A stretch of 63,968 bases of DNA, counting the filler, from Saprolegnia diclina VS20 (Eukaryota), in the NCBI RefSeq assembly GCF_000281045.1. It is 6 parts of 2 records of this genome, joined end to end, with 100 filler letters (N's around TTAATTAATTAA, not from the genome) between each part and the next. Parts side by side here need not be neighbours in the genome. Positions count along the whole stretch, not along the records: positions 49,112 to 60,032 come from NW_008246069.1; positions 60,133 to 62,585 come from NW_008246069.1; positions 62,686 to 63,968 come from NW_008246069.1; 3 more parts are not named here. The stretch is one strand, 5' to 3'. Within the stretch, counting starts at the first letter, position 1. Each line of letters begins with the position of its first letter. Positions 59,487 through 63,968 of this stretch are shown in pieces. Below the pieces are notes generated by a model. That model was not told the origin of the DNA and did not search any database. It saw only the letters and a program-made list of their open reading frames with translations. The position numbers and the translations under genes were made by a program.

Positions 59487-60076
59487 GTTGGTTGCGGACG
59501 TCGAATGGAAAAGTGAGATGTGAAGCCAAGGTGCATCGATTCAGTGTCGATGCCTGTATCGCTGCTTGCTGCTTTGACATTCAAAGGAAGGCGCGCTGCG
59601 ACAAGGGACGCATTGCCTCGTTCGATGGAACTGTAGTCGCCCGGAGTCATCACCAGTGATCGTGTCCGTACGTTATGCAAAAACAGTTGGGGACTGGACG
59701 TTTCATTTGGCACAGTCGAATTGTTGACAAATTGCTGAAAAACTGGGACAGGTCAGACGATCTAAAATCTTGCATTTGCTGCTCGAGGGGCTTTCGTCGT
59801 TAGACGCTCATACATGCAACCATTCATGTAACAGAGCTCTCTCAGCCCGAATGGCACACTAATCGACACTTAACTCGTCAAGTTTACGCATACACTAGTC
59901 ACACTCTAGCAAAAGCAAGCACTAGTATATTGGTTGAATATCCAGTGTCTTGACGATAACTCACACCAAGGTGTCTACAAATATATTCAATCCAACTGCT
60001 CCATTTGTTTGCTTCGAATCTCCGGGTACCAGNNNNNNNNNNNNNNNNNNNNNNNNNNNNNNNNNNNNNNNNNNNN

Positions 60077-60088
60077 TTAATTAATTAA
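60077..60088. other. Artificial contig spacer TTAATTAATTAA
   Basis: Same 100-bp N/linker block. Confidence 0.95.
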
Positions 60089-60132
60089 NNNNNNNNNNNN
60101 NNNNNNNNNNNNNNNNNNNNNNNNNNNNNNNN

Positions 60133-60648
60133 ACGTAGAGGACGCCCGGGATCGGCTCGGAGCTCTCCTGACGCACGAGTATGGTTTCTTCGTGGCGAAT
60201 GCTAAAGCCAATGGTCGTCGCGAGACGGCGAATGTACGCTCGGGTGTGCTGAAAGCGACCCGACTGCACGAGTTTGACCTCGCTTCTCTCGCTCGGCAAA
60301 AGCTCTTCGATCGAGATGGCGAGCGCACCGAACGGCCCCAAGACGCGGTGGCACGCCGCAAAGACCGTCTCGAGGGCGCCAACGTCGCTCCACACGTCGG
60401 CCGAGAGTACGAGATTCATTGAGAGCTATTCGACTAAATACTATAACATCACCATAGCCTTCATCGTAGCCGCCGAGAGCGATTGTCTTGTCGACCATGA
60501 GCGGAGAGAGGTCGACCTATGCACGGATGAGTGCAGTTACCACTTGAGAACGAGAGCACCCCAATCGTGTGGCCGACAAACGGGCGAAAGAGGCGGCCGC
60601 AGAGACCCGTGCCGCAGCCCAAGTCGAGGACGCGCCATTTCCCATCGC
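60133..60648 (-). CDS. SAM-dependent methyltransferase (COG4976-like), partial, spliced
   Basis: VLDLGCGTGLCG, VDLSPLM, LVLSADV...VGALE.VF, SGRFQHTRAYI; bounded by gaps on both sides. Confidence 0.8.
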
Positions 60649-61573
60649 TNNNNNNNNNNNNNNNNNNNNNNNNNNNNNNNNNNNNNNNNNNNNNNNNNNN
60701 NNNNNNNNNNNNNNNNNNNNNNNNNNNNNNNNNNNNNNNNNNNNNNNNNNNNNNNNNNNNNNNNNNNNNNNNNNNNNNNNNNNNNNNNNNNNNNNNNNNN
60801 NNNNNNNNNNNNNNNNNNNNNNNNNNNNNNNNNNNNNNNNNNNNNNNNNNNNNNNNNNNNNNNNNNNNNNNNNNNNNNNNNNNNNNNNNNNNNNNNNNNN
60901 NNNNNNNNNNNNNNNNNNNNNNNNNNNNNNNNNNNNNNNNNNNNNNNNNNNNNNNNNNNNNNNNNNNNNNNNNNNNNNNNNNNNNNNNNNNNNNNNNNNN
61001 NNNNNNNNNNNNNNNNNNNNNNNNNNNNNNNNNNNNNNNNNNNNNNNNNNNNNNNNNNNNNNNNNNNNNNNNNNNNNNNNNNNNNNNNNNNNNNNNNNNN
61101 NNNNNNNNNNNNNNNNNNNNNNNNNNNNNNNNNNNNNNNNNNNNNNNNNNNNNNNNNNNNNNNNNNNNNNNNNNNNNNNNNNNNNNNNNNNNNNNNNNNN
61201 NNNNNNNNNNNNNNNNNNNNNNNNNNNNNNNNNNNNNNNNNNNNNNNNNNNNNNNNNNNNNNNNNNNNNNNNNNNNNNNNNNNNNNNNNNNNNNNNNNNN
61301 NNNNNNNNNNNNNNNNNNNNNNNNNNNNNNNNNNNNNNNNNNNNNNNNNNNNNNNNNNNNNNNNNNNNNNNNNNNNNNNNNNNNNNNNNNNNNNNNNNNN
61401 NNNNNNNNNNNNNNNNNNNNNNNNNNNNNNNNNNNNNNNNNNNNNNNNNNNNNNNNNNNNNNNNNNNNNNNNNNNNNNNNNNNNNNNNNNNNNNNNNNNN
61501 NNNNNNNNNNNNNNNNNNNNNNNNNNNNNNNNNNNNNNNNNNNNNNNNNNNNNNNNNNNNNNNNNNNNNNNNN

Positions 61574-62585
61574 ATCACCATCTCGTTGTAGTCGGCGAAC
61601 GCGTCGTCTTCTTCGTACGGCGCCCAGAGCGCTTGGGTCTCTTCGTCCGAGAGATCGCTGCGCTTGAGGTTCTTGGTCTCTGGCGTCCGCGCGAGGAAGC
61701 GGTAAAAGTTGGCTGAAATATACGGCATTGCGATCTCGAGCGCGTTGCTGACGATCGTCGAGAGGAGGAAGAGCACAAAGAGCTGGACGCGGAGCTCCAT
61801 GAGACAACTGTCGTGCAAGCACACGTCGCCAACGTACGCCTTGATGTAGGCGATGTAGAAGAAAGCCGCAAACGAGTTGCAGAACTGGAAGAGGAACACC
61901 TTGGTGATCAAATGGTTCTCATATTCGACGCTCGTCCGGTGATTCTCCCAGTTGTTGAGTTTTTCCGCCACACGTCGGTAGACCTATAAAAACGTTAAAC
62001 CATAGAACCATAAATATTGATATCGGTCCGACCATGTTGAGGACGTTGATTTGAATCGAGTTGAGAACGCTGACACCGCCCGACGCCCACAGTGCGTCGG
62101 TCGGGTCCGAGAGCTTGGTCGCGCGGTGCTTTAGGTAAAAGAGCCCGCCAAGCGCGACCAGCACCGCGAGGACCATGATGAACACGACGAGGTACGAGAC
62201 CATGCGCCGACGCCGCGCCCTACACACTTTGTTCTCAGACCAGTTGCGATAGTTTCATAATGACGTACGTGGCAGTGGCCATGTCCCAAATCTGCGGCGA
62301 GTTGTCCACGGGATTCATGCGGCGCACTCCCTTGTACTGCGTGCGCGGCGACGTGTCAATGTCGAGCGTCACGTCGACACCCCAAAGCACCGTGTAAATT
62401 TCGGATTTGCGCTTCCAAAATTCCGTAAAAAACGTCGACCAGACCACGATAAACCCCGCAAAGAAGATCTTGCCCGCAGCGACGTCCGCAATATCGCACG
62501 TGTCCAGAACGTAGATGATGATGCCAATCACCGCCGGCAAGAGGAGGCTCTTGGTGTAAAACTCGAGCCACGCAAAGTAGAGCGC
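61574..62585 (-). CDS. Anoctamin/TMEM16-family protein, partial, spliced
   Basis: ALYFAWLEFYT, FFTEFWKRK, AEKLNNWENHRT..EYENHLITKVFLFQFCNSF..FFYIAY, DYNEMV. Confidence 0.88.
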
Positions 62586-62629
62586 NNNNNNNNNNNNNNN
62601 NNNNNNNNNNNNNNNNNNNNNNNNNNNNN

Positions 62630-62641
62630 TTAATTAATTAA
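62630..62641. other. Artificial contig spacer TTAATTAATTAA
   Basis: Same 100-bp N/linker block. Confidence 0.95.
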
Positions 62642-63968
62642 NNNNNNNNNNNNNNNNNNNNNNNNNNNNNNNNNNNNNNNNNNNNTGGGCCAGCGGACAC
62701 CTATACATACCATAGGACGTGTCATTATGTAGTGAGGTTGATGGAAAGAGCGCTTCTTTACGAGTACTTCTGGTACGCCTTCGCCACTGTGCGCCAAGTG
62801 CCGATGGACCGACGCGATCTCGTAAACGCGTCGATCATGTGTCGACGTGAAGTACACTATACTGCATTGCGCTGCACGACGCTCTGCAAGGCAAACCTGC
62901 CAGAGCTCCTGCCAGGCATGGTTTTGGGTGTGGCAGTCGTGGCGTCATGTGTTCACGTACTGTATGGCGGATCTACCTTTCAGAACATACGCAAGTGTTT
63001 TTATTGAGCCACATCTCACAACCTTGGCTTCAATTCACTTCGCTTGCTAGGGCGCAGCCCCAATTGTAGTCAATTGTACAAGCTTTTAGCGAATATGCGA
63101 TACCATGCTTGCTGTTATGCCTACTTTGGCCATCTCTACCCCCGCGTTTCTGCACTACGGCTTCCGAAAGCGCCGCGACGAGACCCGGAAAGATGCACCA
63201 AAGAAACCGCTGTATGAGCCATGAGTGTTGAAATGAGTTATCATGAGCCATGAGTGTGAGCAACGTGAGGCACTCTTGCTCGACTTGCAGTTGGAAGTAT
63301 ACGAAACTGAAGTTGGTCGCGCCTGAGACTGCCAGCATCCATCTCTGAAGAGTCCTCGATGTTTCGACGGTTTCAGCGTCAGGCTCACTTCCAGTTCTTC
63401 ATCCGTTTGCTGAACGCTGTTAGTCATCAATTGCAGCAACATCTGGCACAACACTTGACATCTGCTTTGCGCCGTTCCGTATCCTGGGTGTCTGCATTCT
63501 CAGCGGTCACAACGCGTGTTGTGGGTACCATACTCCCGTTTGAAAGTTCGTCTCGTCAAAATCACCATGGACAAGATTCCGACATCATTGGAGCATGCAC
63601 ACCCCTCAGAACAAGGCACCAGGTCGCCTTGGTTGCACCTCACATTTCCTCCATTCTGCGATGGTGACGGATCCAATCACAGCATTTACAATTTAAATGG
63701 TACCGCTGTTAGCTAACTCGCAACCCATATGCTTAACCACACGCTATCATCTGATGAATGGTGTCGAGGCGGAGTTTACGTTCTTACCATACATGTAACT
63801 TGCATCCGGCAGGCCTGCTGCCGAGTAGACACGCGAGCTACGAGCTGGTTTGCTTCTGAGCCTCACTTTTGTATTTGCTCTCGACCGCCATGGTGGCTTC
63901 CAAGCTCGCAATCCTGTCGTTCCTCGCGTCGGCGACGGCCGCGAGCATCTTCGACTACCCGGCGTACA

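Noticed and set aside
60517..61971. Apparent anoctamin-methyltransferase fusion ORF
   Set aside because: It only reads through a 924-nt N gap; these are most likely two separate genes.
20245..62685. Five repeated TTAATTAATTAA palindromes as a biological repeat or CRISPR-like array
   Set aside because: Each sits exactly in the middle of a 100-bp N block and stops all six frames, so it is an assembly linker.
62686..63968. Short ORFs in the last contig
   Set aside because: No motifs or coding bias sufficient for a call.

Overview
Gene-dense eukaryotic DNA, most likely an oomycete and plausibly Saprolegniales (inference). The evidence is short GT-AG introns of about 45-90 nt, oomycete-type Inr/FPR core promoters and oomycete-style PDR transporters. 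It is a draft assembly with N gaps and five artificial 44N-TTAATTAATTAA-44N contig spacers, so adjacency across the spacers is not guaranteed. Recognisable housekeeping and signalling genes: MTD1-type methylene-THF dehydrogenase, RPL28, an Arb2/FAM172-AGC kinase fusion, CEP162-like, WDR62/MAPKBP1-like and an inositol polyphosphate kinase. Membrane and secreted genes: a membrane-anchored sedolisin/TPP1, two near-identical PDR/ABCG copies, a shortened IP3R/RyR-type channel, a propeller-plus-trefoil lectin-like protein, a double-GH13 alpha-amylase and two Cys-rich secreted paralogs. Others: two F-box-like/macrodomain paralogs (one frameshifted), two Dabb proteins, a bacterial-like Prx5, a degenerate 2OG-Fe(II) oxygenase-like gene, and partial methyltransferase and anoctamin genes. 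The most striking observation is an intact spliced gene for a Na+/K+-ATPase-like protein that lacks all transmembrane helices and every catalytic motif, with a hairpin of two 114-bp arms just upstream. All homology calls are by eye from remembered motifs; no searches were run.
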